A DNA stretch of 64,000 nucleotides from an uncultured Gammaproteobacteria bacterium (GTDB lineage Bacteria; Pseudomonadota; Gammaproteobacteria; DRLM01): contig CAVSNY010000006.1 in NCBI GenBank assembly GCA_963729605.1, positions 384,001-448,000 on the forward strand. Reading direction: 5' to 3'. The notes beneath the pieces were generated by a model. The model did no database searches and had not been told where the DNA came from. It saw only the letters and a list, made by a program, of their open reading frames with translations. Within the stretch, counting starts at the first letter, position 1. Every line of letters begins with the position of its first letter. The position numbers and the translations under genes were made by a program. This document shows positions 38,513 to 48,319 of this stretch, piece after piece.

Positions 38513-40597
38513 TCAAGGCCGCGCCAACCAAACATTGTAGATGCCGCTGCCTTTGCGGGTTTTCAGGAACCAGCGATAATCGCCGGCGCTGCCGTTGTAG
38601 CGGATATGCTCCGTCGACGTGCCGCTGTTGGCGTTGGCGACCGCGATCCATTGTTGCCCGTCCCAGCGCTGGAGGGCGAGATCGAAGTTGGTGTCGGCGG
38701 GGCCTTGCAGCCAGCCTTCATGGATGCCGGCGTCGCTGGAGTAATGACCGCCGTCAGGTTGATACGCCGTACCTCCCACGGCGAGGCTTCCCGTGTAGCT
38801 TACACATGCCGTGCATGGCGCACTGACCGGGGCGGTGACGGTGACGACCGCGGTGCGGGTGTTGACGCCGCCGCGATCGTCGGTGACGGTGAGCGAGACG
38901 GTGTAGCTGCCCGCCGCGGTATAGGTGTAACTCGGATTGCGCAGTGTCGAGTTGCCGCCGTCGCCGAAGATCCATTGCCATGAGGCGATACTGCCGTCGG
39001 CGTCGCTGGAGGTATCGGTGAAGGCCACTTGCAAACCATTGGCCGCCGCGTTGAAGCCGGCGACCGGGTCTTGATTGGCGACCGGGACGGTGTAGCCCGC
39101 GGTCAACGCGACGCCCGCGTAATCGGCGCTCGCATGCAGCATCACATGATAAGTGGCGGCGGCGGGTGCGGCGAAAACGCAGGATTCGGCATTGCCGGTG
39201 TTGATGGAACTGCAATCAAAAATACCGGTGGTGGGCGCGCTGCCGGCGCGCACGTAGAGATCGGCATTGCCGCTGCCGCCGGCGGCGACGATCCGCAGAT
39301 CAGTGGCGCCGGCGGGAACATCGATCGTGTAATAACGGCCGCTGCCCACTGCGCCGGCGATATTTTGCAGCGTCACGCCGTTGGTCAAGGCCGTGGGTTG
39401 CGAGTCGTTCACGAACAAGGCCTGCAATAAAAGATTGGGGGAACCGGCGCCGATCGCGCTGAGCCGTCCGCTCACCGCGTTGGCCTTGATCGCCGCTTCG
39501 ACCTCGGTGGGTTTCTTGGCGGGATGCGCGGCGAGATACAACGCCGCCACGCCCGCGGCATGCGGGGTGGCCATGGAGGTGCCGCTGAGATTTTTAGCCG
39601 CGGTCGCGGCGGTGTGCCAGGCGGAGCGGATACCGACGCCGGGCGCGAAGAGATCGAGGCAGCTCCCGTAATTGGAGAAGCCGGCGCGGACGTCGTTGGC
39701 CGCGCTCGCGCCCACGGTGATCGCCTCCTTGGCGCGCGCGGGCGAACCCGCGCAGGCATCGGTCTTACCATTGCCGGCGGCGACCACATAAGTGACGCCG
39801 CTGGCGATGGAGTTGCGCATCGCATTATCCATCGCGGCGGAGGCGCCGCCGCCGATGCTCATATTGGCGACCGCCGGCGATCGATGATTGGCGGTCACCC
39901 AGTCGATGCCGGCGATGACCGACGACGTGGTGCCCGCCCCCGTGCAATCCAATACCCGCACCGCATATAACTTGACGCCCTTGGCGACGCCGTAGACCGT
40001 GCCGCCGATGGTGCCCGCCACATGGGTGCCGTGGCCGTGGCAATCCACGCCGTCGCGGCCGTCTTTCACGCTGTCGAAACCCAGGCTCGCGCGGCCGCCG
40101 AATTCGGCGTGAGGCATATAAATGCCGGTGTCGAGCACATAGACGTGCACGGTGTCCGCCGTGGTGTCGTAGTTGTACGTGGTATTGAGCGGCAGATCGG
40201 CTTGATCGATGCGGTCCAAACCCCAGGTGGCGTTGATCTCGGTGGCATCGACGGTGATGATTTGATCCTCTTCCACCAGCAGAATACCCGGATCGGCGGC
40301 GAGCGCTTCGGCCTGGCGCCGCGTCATTCTGGCGGAGAAGCCTTTGATGGCGTGTTCGAAGACGCGCTCCACCCGCGCACCGTGGGCCTTGGCGCGCCGG
40401 TCGGCGAACTCGGACACGCTGGGTCGGGATCGGAGACTGGCGGCGAGTTCATTGGAGCGGCGCACCTGGTCCGGCTTGATCTGCACGATGTATTGGTCGG
40501 TGATGGGCTGTTTGCCGCGCAAAACCGGCGCGGCCTGGCCGGCGACCGGAATCATCGATATTAGAAGCAGGGTGGCGAGTAGTCGTGCGCTCATCAT
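38513..40597 (-). CDS. Secreted S8 serine protease (aqualysin/proteinase K type) with I9 propeptide, PPC and PKD domains
   Basis: Signal peptide; WGLDRIDQ, catalytic VLDTG / HGTHVAG / GTSMATPH; PPC GNADLYV; PKD WIFGDG. Confidence 0.93.
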   Translation of the reverse strand: MMSARLLATLLLISMIPVAGQAAPVLRGKQPITDQYIVQIKPDQVRRSNELAASLRSRPSVSEFADRRAKAHGARVERVFEHAIKGFSARMTRRQAEALAADPGILLVEEDQIITVDATEINATWGLDRIDQADLPLNTTYNYDTTADTVHVYVLDTGIYMPHAEFGGRASLGFDSVKDGRDGVDCHGHGTHVAGTIGGTVYGVAKGVKLYAVRVLDCTGAGTTSSVIAGIDWVTANHRSPAVANMSIGGGASAAMDNAMRNSIASGVTYVVAAGNGKTDACAGSPARAKEAITVGASAANDVRAGFSNYGSCLDLFAPGVGIRSAWHTAATAAKNLSGTSMATPHAAGVAALYLAAHPAKKPTEVEAAIKANAVSGRLSAIGAGSPNLLLQALFVNDSQPTALTNGVTLQNIAGAVGSGRYYTIDVPAGATDLRIVAAGGSGNADLYVRAGSAPTTGIFDCSSINTGNAESCVFAAPAAATYHVMLHASADYAGVALTAGYTVPVANQDPVAGFNAAANGLQVAFTDTSSDADGSIASWQWIFGDGGNSTLRNPSYTYTAAGSYTVSLTVTDDRGGVNTRTAVVTVTAPVSAPCTACVSYTGSLAVGGTAYQPDGGHYSSDAGIHEGWLQGPADTNFDLALQRWDGQQWIAVANANSGTSTEHIRYNGSAGDYRWFLKTRKGSGIYNVWLARP

Positions 40598-41168
40598 TTC
40601 ATCCTCATGGCGAAGGCCGTTGCGAAGACCGGCGGTCTTACGCATGCGGCTCATGGTAACGGCCTTGAGGGGTGGGCGAAAGCGCCAAACCCGGCTTTTT
40701 TCTCGACCTGTGAGGCCGGTCACAGGAGCGCCGACGACGGGGATGGACCCCTGCCAACCGGCACCGCTCGGCAACCGTCGAGATCGATAGCGGCGGCGGC
40801 ACGCATGCATTCGGGTTGAGCCCGTTCCTGCAATATGCGCGAGTTCGCCGTGTGATGTTAAACGGCGCGTTATTCACGGCTCCGTCATTCACTCGCGTTG
40901 CTTGGCGGCGTATTTTCGTATTTATGAGACGCGTCAGGCGTGATCACCATCGACTCCTCGTCTTGATTAAACAGCGGAAATAACTGTCTTATCAATGCAC
41001 TTACCACTACCATAGATATAGTGAGTATTATATCCCGCCGCCATCATCGCTACGCCACATAGCGCAAGGTAGCGTCGATTCCACCTTTAGGTTGCAAGCA
41101 TCAGTTCATCAGTCTATTTTTAAATAGACAAGGAATAACAAATAAAGGGTCCAGCAAGTAAAAGGAGG

Positions 41169-41579
41169 ATGGGCATCATGACGAATCTGATCGGACAACT
41201 GCTCGGCGACACCCTCGACCCACTGCTGGGGCAATTACAAAATCTGGGATTCAACGATCAACAGGCGCTCTTATTTTTGAGCCACGCCAGCGAAGAAACC
41301 CTGCACGCCTTGCAAGAGGAAGATGAGCGTACCGATATTTCGTCGATACCCGAACAAGATTTGCTGGATCTCCTGCTCGACAAAATCAATACCGACGCAC
41401 TGGCTACTAAAGTCGGAATCGAGAATAGAATGGCCGCCCAAGGTTTACCCGCCATTCTGCCCACGCTCATCCATGTATTCTCCAACGCCAGCGCCCTCGG
41501 CAATCTGGGCGGCCTGTGGGGGCAGCCTTATAAGGGCATCGCGAATAAACTCAAGGTCGGTCTCGGTAAATTAAATTAA
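41169..41579 (+). CDS. Hypothetical helical protein (YidB/DUF937-like)
   Basis: AAGGAGG RBS; LATKVGI...GLPAILPTLI resembles YidB. Confidence 0.6.
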   Translation: MGIMTNLIGQLLGDTLDPLLGQLQNLGFNDQQALLFLSHASEETLHALQEEDERTDISSIPEQDLLDLLLDKINTDALATKVGIENRMAAQGLPAILPTLIHVFSNASALGNLGGLWGQPYKGIANKLKVGLGKLN

Positions 41580-41638
41580 CAACTGAAGAATTCACGCGGC
41601 ACCTCAATAACACCTAACAATAGATAAAGGAGTCTGCA

Positions 41639-42043
41639 ATGACCAAACCAGCCGGAACGAGCGACGACCCCGATCTCAACGATGTTCAAACACTTTCCAA
41701 GGCCAACATCACCAGCGAGTCTTTGCCGAAATTAAACGGCAATCCGAAAAATCAGCAGCAATTGGCCATCCAGGCCGGCCTCGCCGAAATGGCCATGCTG
41801 AAGTGGATCAATAGGGGCGATTTATCCCGCATCAAAGACCTCGCCGGCCGCTACATCGAATTGTTCGAGGCCGCGGGCGTGGACACGGTAAAAGAATTGC
41901 GCGCCTGCCAGCCGGAGCATTTGACGGATAAACTGCTACGCGTGAACGAGGTGAAACGTATAGTGCGGAAAACGCCGACGCTGCAACAGGTGCGGGCCTG
42001 GATAGCGCAAGCCAAACGCCTGGAGCCCGCTCCCACTCACTAA
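41639..42043 (+). CDS. DUF4332-like HhH protein
   Basis: DLSRIKD...YIELFEAAGVDTVKEL...NEVKRIVR.TP...V..WI.QAK; AAGGAG RBS. Confidence 0.75.
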   Translation: MTKPAGTSDDPDLNDVQTLSKANITSESLPKLNGNPKNQQQLAIQAGLAEMAMLKWINRGDLSRIKDLAGRYIELFEAAGVDTVKELRACQPEHLTDKLLRVNEVKRIVRKTPTLQQVRAWIAQAKRLEPAPTH

Positions 42044-42069
42044 CACATCCGGCCAACGGTTTTTTTTAT

Positions 42070-42100
42070 AAGCCTTCCCCGCCAAGGGAAGGCTTTTTTG
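42070..42100. terminator. Intrinsic terminator between convergent genes
   Basis: AAGCCTTCCC-CGCCAA-GGGAAGGCTT followed by a T run. Confidence 0.8.
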
Positions 42101-42207
42101 TATTCATCAATCCCCGCGCACGCGCCTTGCGGCGGCCGGCATGTTGGCAGTACCTAGGGCCCGTGCACCGCCGGTTCAACGCGTTTCAACAACACCCGAC
42201 CGACAGA

Positions 42208-42885
42208 TCAACCCTGGCCCACGGCTTCGTCGCGCAATTCATCGTTGGGCACGATGTGAATCTCCACCCGGCGATTCTGGCTGCGGCCTTCCGCGCTGTC
42301 GTTGCCCGCCACCGGCCGCTCGAGGCCAAAACCCATGATGCGCATCCGCTCGCGGCTGACACCCAGACTCGCCAGATAATCCGCCACCGCCCTGGCGCGG
42401 CGTTCGGACAATTGCAGGTTGTAACTCGCGGCCCCCACGTTGTCGGTATGGCCGGTGACCGTCATATCGGTCTTGTCGTATTTCTTGAACACGTCGGCCA
42501 TTTTCTGCAACGCCGCCCGCGAACCGGATTTGAGTTCCGCGCTATTAAAATCGAAAAGGATTTTATCCTTCATGGTGACGATGATGCCGTCATCGACGCG
42601 CTCGGTCTCCGCCACCTGTTCCAGTTCCTTGGCCTGTTTATCCATATATTGACCGACCACGCCGCCCAGCACCGCGCCGGCGATCCCGCCGATCACCGCG
42701 CCTTTGCCGGTTTTATCTTTTTTGCTGCCGATCAAGCCGCCCACCGCCGCGCCGCTGGCGCCGCCGATCATCGCGCCTTTTTGAGTACGGCTGAGCGAAC
42801 CGTCGCTCGCGCATCCCAGCTGCATCAGACCCAGCACCAATACCACGGCCACCGGCCGCCAATAACGCTGATTCACACCACGCAT
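42208..42885 (-). CDS. OmpA-family lipoprotein with glycine zipper (YiaD-like)
   Basis: QLGC lipobox, GAMIGGASGA, YMDKQ, GHTD, NLQLSERRA, NRRVEI. Confidence 0.9.
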   Translation of the reverse strand: MRGVNQRYWRPVAVVLVLGLMQLGCASDGSLSRTQKGAMIGGASGAAVGGLIGSKKDKTGKGAVIGGIAGAVLGGVVGQYMDKQAKELEQVAETERVDDGIIVTMKDKILFDFNSAELKSGSRAALQKMADVFKKYDKTDMTVTGHTDNVGAASYNLQLSERRARAVADYLASLGVSRERMRIMGFGLERPVAGNDSAEGRSQNRRVEIHIVPNDELRDEAVGQG

Positions 42886-43071
42886 AAATGTATCCTGGCC
42901 TCATTGATAAGGACGTTCATTCTACACGCAATAGGCCTGCGGAATGTCGACGTGGCTAGCGGACATAGCGCAAATTCATTGTCTTTAATCGGCGACATAT
43001 TTCATACCGCCGTTCACCCCCGCCGTCCCGCCTGGGTTAGAATGGCCCCCCTGAAAATCAATGCGCCGTCC

Positions 43072-45240
43072 ATGCACCCCTATTCGCTTTTCGCCACCAC
43101 GCCCAAAGGACTGGAATCCCTGCTGCTCGCCGAATTGAGCGGGCTCGGCGCCGTGGAAGTCAAAGAAACCCGCGCCGGGGTGAATTTTTCCGGCCCCTTG
43201 CATCTGGCCTATCGCGCCTGTCTGTGGTCGCGGCTGGCCAGCCGGGTATTGTTGCCGCTGGATCATTTCGCCGCCGCGACGCCCGAGGCGCTCTACGCCG
43301 GCGTGCATGCCCTGGCCTGGGAAGACCATCTCGGTCCCGACGACACCTTGGCCGTCGATTTCACCACCGTGCAATCGCAGATCAATCACAGCCACTTCGG
43401 CGCGCTCAAGGTCAAGGACGCCGTCGTCGATCGCTTCCGTGAACGCGACGGACACCGTCCCTCGGTGGCGCGCGAGCGGCCGTCGCTGCGCATCCATGTC
43501 TATCTCTACCACGACCAGGCCACCGTTTATCTCGACTTGTCCGGCGAGGGCCTGCACCGCCGCGGTTATCGCGATAAATCGGTCGCCGCGCCCTTGAAGG
43601 AAAACACCGCCTGCGCATTATTGATCCGCGCCGGCTGGCCCGAGATCGCCCGCGCCGGCGGCACACTGCTCGACCCGATGTGCGGTGGCGGCACTTTGCT
43701 CATCGAAGGCGCGCTGATGGCCGCCGACATCGCGCCGGGTTTACTGCGCGACTATTTCGGTTTTCAGGGCTGGCGCGGCCATGACGCGGCCTTGTGGTCC
43801 GAACTGATCGCCGAAGCGCGGCAACGGCGCGCCGACGGACTGCAACGACTGACGACTCTTTACGGTTTCGATGCCGATCCGCGCGCCGTGGAGGCCGCGC
43901 GCCACAACGTCGCGGCCGCCGGACTCACGCCGCACATCCTCATCGAGCAACGCGATGTGAATACGCTGGTGGCGCCGCCCACGGATACGCCGGGCCTGCT
44001 CGCCGTCAATCCACCCTACGGCGAACGCCTCGGCGAAACCGAAGCCCTCAAACCGCTTTACGCCGAACTCGGCACGAAACTCAAGGAACACTTCAGCGGC
44101 TGGCGCGCGGCGGTGCTCACCGGCGATCCCGAACTCGGCAAAAATATGGGCATCCGCGCCCGCAAACGTTACGTCCTCTTCAACGGCGCGCTGGAGTGCA
44201 AGCTATTGTGCTTCGACGTCACGCCCGAATGGTTCATCACCCCGCGTCCAGCGGAAGACGATTTGCCGCTCAGCCCCGGCGCGGAGATGCTGGCCAATCG
44301 TCTGCGCAAAAATTTAAAAACAGTGGGGCGTTGGGCCGCCAAGGAACAGGTGTCTTGTTACCGGCTCTACGACGCGGACCTGCCCGAATACGCGGTGGCG
44401 GTGGACGTCTATCACGGCGAAAAATTATGGGTGCACGTGCAGGAATACGCGGCGCCCGCCAGCATCGATCCCAAAAAGGCCGAGGCGCGTTTACGCGATG
44501 CCTTGCGCGCCATCCCCGTCGCGCTGGACATTCCCCGCGAGCAATTGTTTTTTAAAATTCGCCAGCGGCAAAAAGGCAGCGCGCAATATCAAGCCAGCGA
44601 CGAAACCGGCGAGTTTCACGAGGTGCGCGAAGGGCCTTGCCGATTACTGGTGAACTTCACCGCGTATCTCGACACCGGCTTGTTTCTCGACCACCGGCCG
44701 GTGCGTGCGTTGATCCGCGAACTGGCCCGCGGCAAAGAATTTCTCAATCTGTTTGCTTACACTGGCAGCGCCAGCGTCCACGCCGCCGCGGGCGGCGCGG
44801 CCGGCACCACCAGCGTCGACATGTCGCATACCTATTTGGAATGGGCGCGCCGCAACATGGCGCTCAACGGCCACACCGGCAAACAGCATCGCTACATTCA
44901 AACCGATTGCGTGCAGTGGCTGGCGGCGCAAAGCGCATCGGCGCATCGGCAACGCTACGGGTTGATCCTGCTCGACCCACCGACCTTTTCCAATTCCAAA
45001 CGCATGGAAGGCAGCTTCGACGTGCAACGCGATCACGTGACCTTCATCCGTCAAGCCGCGGCGCTGCTCGCGCCTGGCGGCACACTGCTGTTTTCCACCA
45101 ACTACCGACGCTTCAAACTCGACGCCGTCGCCTTGGCCGATTTGCAAGTGGAAGACATCTCCCGCGCCATGCTGCCTGAAGATTTCGCGCGCAACCCGCG
45201 CATCCATCAAGTGTGGCGGATACGGGCCGGCGACGCGTAA
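43072..45240 (+). CDS. rlmKL: Bifunctional 23S rRNA methyltransferase RlmKL
   Basis: CLWSRLASR, THUMP domain, LHRRGYR, DPMCGGGT, NPPYGERL, YLDTGLFLDHR, DPPTFSNSK. Confidence 0.96.
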   Translation: MHPYSLFATTPKGLESLLLAELSGLGAVEVKETRAGVNFSGPLHLAYRACLWSRLASRVLLPLDHFAAATPEALYAGVHALAWEDHLGPDDTLAVDFTTVQSQINHSHFGALKVKDAVVDRFRERDGHRPSVARERPSLRIHVYLYHDQATVYLDLSGEGLHRRGYRDKSVAAPLKENTACALLIRAGWPEIARAGGTLLDPMCGGGTLLIEGALMAADIAPGLLRDYFGFQGWRGHDAALWSELIAEARQRRADGLQRLTTLYGFDADPRAVEAARHNVAAAGLTPHILIEQRDVNTLVAPPTDTPGLLAVNPPYGERLGETEALKPLYAELGTKLKEHFSGWRAAVLTGDPELGKNMGIRARKRYVLFNGALECKLLCFDVTPEWFITPRPAEDDLPLSPGAEMLANRLRKNLKTVGRWAAKEQVSCYRLYDADLPEYAVAVDVYHGEKLWVHVQEYAAPASIDPKKAEARLRDALRAIPVALDIPREQLFFKIRQRQKGSAQYQASDETGEFHEVREGPCRLLVNFTAYLDTGLFLDHRPVRALIRELARGKEFLNLFAYTGSASVHAAAGGAAGTTSVDMSHTYLEWARRNMALNGHTGKQHRYIQTDCVQWLAAQSASAHRQRYGLILLDPPTFSNSKRMEGSFDVQRDHVTFIRQAAALLAPGGTLLFSTNYRRFKLDAVALADLQVEDISRAMLPEDFARNPRIHQVWRIRAGDA

Positions 45241-45254
45241 GCGTGGAGTCGATT

Positions 45255-45485
45255 AAGGCGGGGGTTGGCGCAGCGTAATCCCCGATCGCGCCAAGTGTTC
45301 CTTATGATGATTGATTGATGAGGCGCTGGGCGACGAGTTGGTGGGTTAGGCCGTTGCACAGCCAACCCACCCTCGTATCTCGATTCTTTCCTGCAAGTGG
45401 AGAATCGCCGTGTGATCATCGGGCAGAAATGTAGCCTGGATGTAACGAAGTGGAACCCGTTACGCTACGCTCCACCCAGTCTACC
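45255..45485. repeat. Cluster of degenerate REP-like palindromes
   Basis: GGGGTTGGCGCAGCGTAATCCC, GGTGGGTTAGGC...GCCAACCCACC and GTAGCCTGG...CCAGTCTAC; related to the REP at 26347. Confidence 0.6.
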
Positions 45486-45587
45486 TTTCCAGGGTAATCC
45501 CACCCATCTGCACCGCCAGGCCTTTCCCACGACACTGGCGGCCTTTGGGCAGATCGCGAAAACGCCGCCCAGTTCGGCCCATACCGG

Positions 45588-46712
45588 TTATTGCGCTTGA
45601 CCGCCGCCGTTATCGCCGCTCACCGCCGCATTGCGCGGTGCGATATTGCCGGCGTCGTCGGAAACCACGATTTCGACACGGCGGTTCAGCTGCCGACCCA
45701 CGGCGGTGTCGTTGCTGGCGATAGGATATTCTTGGCCATAACCCCGTATTTGCACGTTAGCCGGACCAGAAACCAACTTAAGTATGGCGCTACGAACCGC
45801 TTCAGCGCGTCGTTCAGAAAGTTGCTCATTGTATTGTCCGGTGCCGGTGCTATCGGTAAACCCTTCTACCAACACGTTACGTTCCGGATTCTTCTTAAGG
45901 AACTCGGCGATTTTCTCCACATTGCGCACCCCGCCGGCTTTTAGCTGTGCCATGTTGGTATCGAACAATACGTCGCCGCCCAAGGTGACGACGATGCCCC
46001 GTTCGGTTTTCTTACCGTCCAACTCTTTGAGCTGCGCGTCGAGCTGATCGGCACGCGCCTCCGCGCTTTGGGCTTGGCGTTGAGTTTCCTCGAGCTTGAG
46101 CTGGGCTTCTTGGGCTTGGCGCTGAGTTTCCTCAAGCTTGAGCTGGGCTTCTTGCGCTTGACGCTGCGCTTCCGCGGATTGTTGTCGTGCCTGTTCTTGG
46201 GCGGCGAGTGCCTGCCGCTGCGCCTCTACGGACTGTTGTTGCGCCCGCTCCTGCATGGCTTGCGATTGACGTTGCTCACTCTCCAATTGGCGTTGGGTCT
46301 CCGCCGCCTTGGCTTCTGAAGCGTCCGCGCTCTGCTGCGCCCTGTCTGCCTCGAGAGTACGCGCATCGAGACGAACTTTGTCACGCTCGGCGGTCGCCGT
46401 TTCAATCGCTTGCTCGGCTATTTTCAATTTCGCCGTTTCCTCGGCGATCAGCGCTCGCCGTTTCGCCAAATAAGCCAGTTCGTCGACGCGCTCCGTTTTT
46501 TCATGCTTTTTCCACGCCTGCTCCGCGGTAGTGAGCGCATCTTTGGCTTGTTTCAATTCCATGGGGGCGAGCTTGGCGACTTGCGCATTGCCTTCCGCGG
46601 TCTTGACCTGGCTGCGGGCATCATCCAGACGAGCATTTTGCGGCATGGTGCTGCAACCTGCCAGCACGGCGCCGGCGATGAGCATGGTCGAAAGAGTGAG
46701 ATGATTATTCAT
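45588..46712 (-). CDS. DUF4398-OmpA lipoprotein with long coiled coil
   Basis: LAGC lipobox, LAYLAKRRA, TERGIVVTLG, VLFD, EGFTDS, LSERRA, NRRVEI. Confidence 0.9.
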   Translation of the reverse strand: MNNHLTLSTMLIAGAVLAGCSTMPQNARLDDARSQVKTAEGNAQVAKLAPMELKQAKDALTTAEQAWKKHEKTERVDELAYLAKRRALIAEETAKLKIAEQAIETATAERDKVRLDARTLEADRAQQSADASEAKAAETQRQLESEQRQSQAMQERAQQQSVEAQRQALAAQEQARQQSAEAQRQAQEAQLKLEETQRQAQEAQLKLEETQRQAQSAEARADQLDAQLKELDGKKTERGIVVTLGGDVLFDTNMAQLKAGGVRNVEKIAEFLKKNPERNVLVEGFTDSTGTGQYNEQLSERRAEAVRSAILKLVSGPANVQIRGYGQEYPIASNDTAVGRQLNRRVEIVVSDDAGNIAPRNAAVSGDNGGGQAQ

Positions 46713-46746
46713 AAGTCTATTCCTTGATAGGGGGGCTATCTGTACG

Positions 46747-47187
46747 TTATTTGGCATTGCGATTCATTTCTTCGTGTAACACGCGAGTGCCTTCATCCAA
46801 GGCGGTCACGGCCTTTTGCGCCTTCGCGGCGCGGGTCTTGACCGTCGCGAGCTGGGCATCGACCTGGGCCTGTTCGGCCAATGTCAGCGCCTTTTGGTAT
46901 TCCTTGTCCGCCATGGCTTTATTGGCGGCAGCCAGTTTGTCCTGCGCCGCCTTCATCTCCACGGACGCAAATTCGGTGGCGCCGGCATTGGTCGCGTTGG
47001 TTACCGCTGCACTGGATACGGCCAACTGCTCGGTGGGCGCCGGGATGCTCGCGCAACCGGAAATGACTACGGCACAGACCATAACGCCCAGGGCGAGACG
47101 CCGTGAATAACGGGTTAACGCGGGTGTTATAGCCTTACTGGAATTTACTGCGGTTTTGTTAGGATGCACTTTACTCTCCTTATGCAT
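46747..47187 (-). CDS. DUF4398 lipoprotein
   Basis: ISGC lipobox; A..AGATEFA..E...A..KL, AEQAQVDAQLA; start uncertain. Confidence 0.85.
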   Translation of the reverse strand: MHKESKVHPNKTAVNSSKAITPALTRYSRRLALGVMVCAVVISGCASIPAPTEQLAVSSAAVTNATNAGATEFASVEMKAAQDKLAAANKAMADKEYQKALTLAEQAQVDAQLATVKTRAAKAQKAVTALDEGTRVLHEEMNRNAK

Positions 47188-47275
47188 GATTCAGGGCGCC
47201 TTGCGCCGGATTTAACGCATTCGAAGCTTGCGATACACGTCAATATGCGGAGAATACGTGGCGATGGGCGGACCG

Positions 47276-47374
47276 TCTGTGCGCTACCGTACCAAGCTCA
47301 GGTTTCTACTGGTGACGGTACGCTTGGGATGATGCAAGGGAACATATCATGCGGTATGTGCGCCGGCGTACAGA
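47276..47374. promoter_or_regulatory. Two copies of the palindrome TCTGTRCG-N4-CGTACAGA
   Basis: TCTGTGCG-CTAC-CGTACCAA (47276) and TATGTGCG-CCGG-CGTACAGA (47355) in the divergent DUF4398/Crp promoter. Confidence 0.6.
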
Positions 47375-47470
47375 CAACACGCAAATGACTTTCACCGTGA
47401 TACACTGCCGCACATTCCTCCACGCCGTCATGCAATCTCGCCGCGGACCGCAACTTCGGGAAATTGATTG

Positions 47471-48223
47471 ATGCCCACACCCCATAGTCCGATGCAAAAT
47501 CATCTTCTCGCCGCGTTGCCCGCTGCCGAGTTCGGCCGTTTGTCGCCCCATCTGGAACTGGTGACGATGCCGCTCGGTAAAGCCCTTTACGAATCGGGCG
47601 GCCGTCTGGAACATGTTTATTTCCCTACCACCTCCATCGTGTCGCTGCTGTACGTATTGGAAAACGGCGCATCAGCGGAAATAGCGGTGGTCGGCTATGA
47701 AGGAATACTGGGTATCTCGTTATTTATGGGTGGCGAAACCACACCCAGCCGCGCGGTAGTGCAGAGCGCGGGACACGGTTATCGCCTGGAAGCGCATCTA
47801 CTGAAACAGGAATTCAACCGGGCCGGGCCGGTGCTGCGTTTGTTGCTGCGTTATACCCAGGCGCTGATCACCCAGATGACGCAGACCGCGGTATGTAATC
47901 GCCATCACTCGGTCGAGCAGCAACTGTGCCGCTGGTTATTGCTAAGCCTCGACCGCTTATCCACCGACTCGCTGACCATGACCCAGGAGTTGATCGCTAA
48001 CATGCTCGGGGTACGCCGCGAAGGAGTGACCGAGGCCGCCGGAAATCTCCAGCGCGCGGGATTGATCCGCTACAGCCGTGGCCATATCGAAGTGTTGAAC
48101 CGACCGGGTTTGGAAAAGACGGTATGCGAATGCTACGGTGTGGTTAAACTGGAATTTGATCGTCTGCTTTCAGATATCCCTCGCGGCGATCCTTCTATGT
48201 CCTTGGCCAACCCGGCGCCGTAG
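47471..48223 (+). CDS. Crp/Fnr-family transcriptional regulator
   Basis: QNHLLAALP, HVYFP, QTAVCNRHHSVEQQLCRWLL, HTH TQELIANMLGVRREGVT. Confidence 0.93.
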   Translation: MPTPHSPMQNHLLAALPAAEFGRLSPHLELVTMPLGKALYESGGRLEHVYFPTTSIVSLLYVLENGASAEIAVVGYEGILGISLFMGGETTPSRAVVQSAGHGYRLEAHLLKQEFNRAGPVLRLLLRYTQALITQMTQTAVCNRHHSVEQQLCRWLLLSLDRLSTDSLTMTQELIANMLGVRREGVTEAAGNLQRAGLIRYSRGHIEVLNRPGLEKTVCECYGVVKLEFDRLLSDIPRGDPSMSLANPAP

Positions 48224-48319
48224 CTTGATACTCCGCGGGTGTTTATTGCGGTTGAACAAATTGATCAAGTTGATCGTGTTGATTTCAAATTCCCGTCGGC
48301 GGCGCCGAGTTCGCGCAGA

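Noticed and set aside
38513-40597. S8 protease as an OzpA-like nanowire maturation enzyme
   Set aside because: It is about 8 kb from the cluster, separated by unrelated genes, and has an ordinary aqualysin-PPC-PKD architecture; no OmcZ-like gene is present.
40600-40900. Possible riboswitch (e.g. c-di-GMP) in the GC-rich leader of the protease
   Set aside because: Hairpins exist (CCTGTGA...TCACAGG) but I could not find conserved aptamer motifs; needs an Rfam/Infernal scan.
42127-43071. Apparent 315-aa N-terminal extension of RlmKL (and similar extensions on coaX, cbbQ and the 54668 NHL gene)
   Set aside because: The extensions overlap real neighbouring genes; family homology starts at internal start codons.
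48252-48288. Four TTGA repeats at 9-bp period, resembling FNR half-sites
   Set aside because: No TTGAT-N4-ATCAA dyad, and they lie between convergent gene ends rather than in a promoter.
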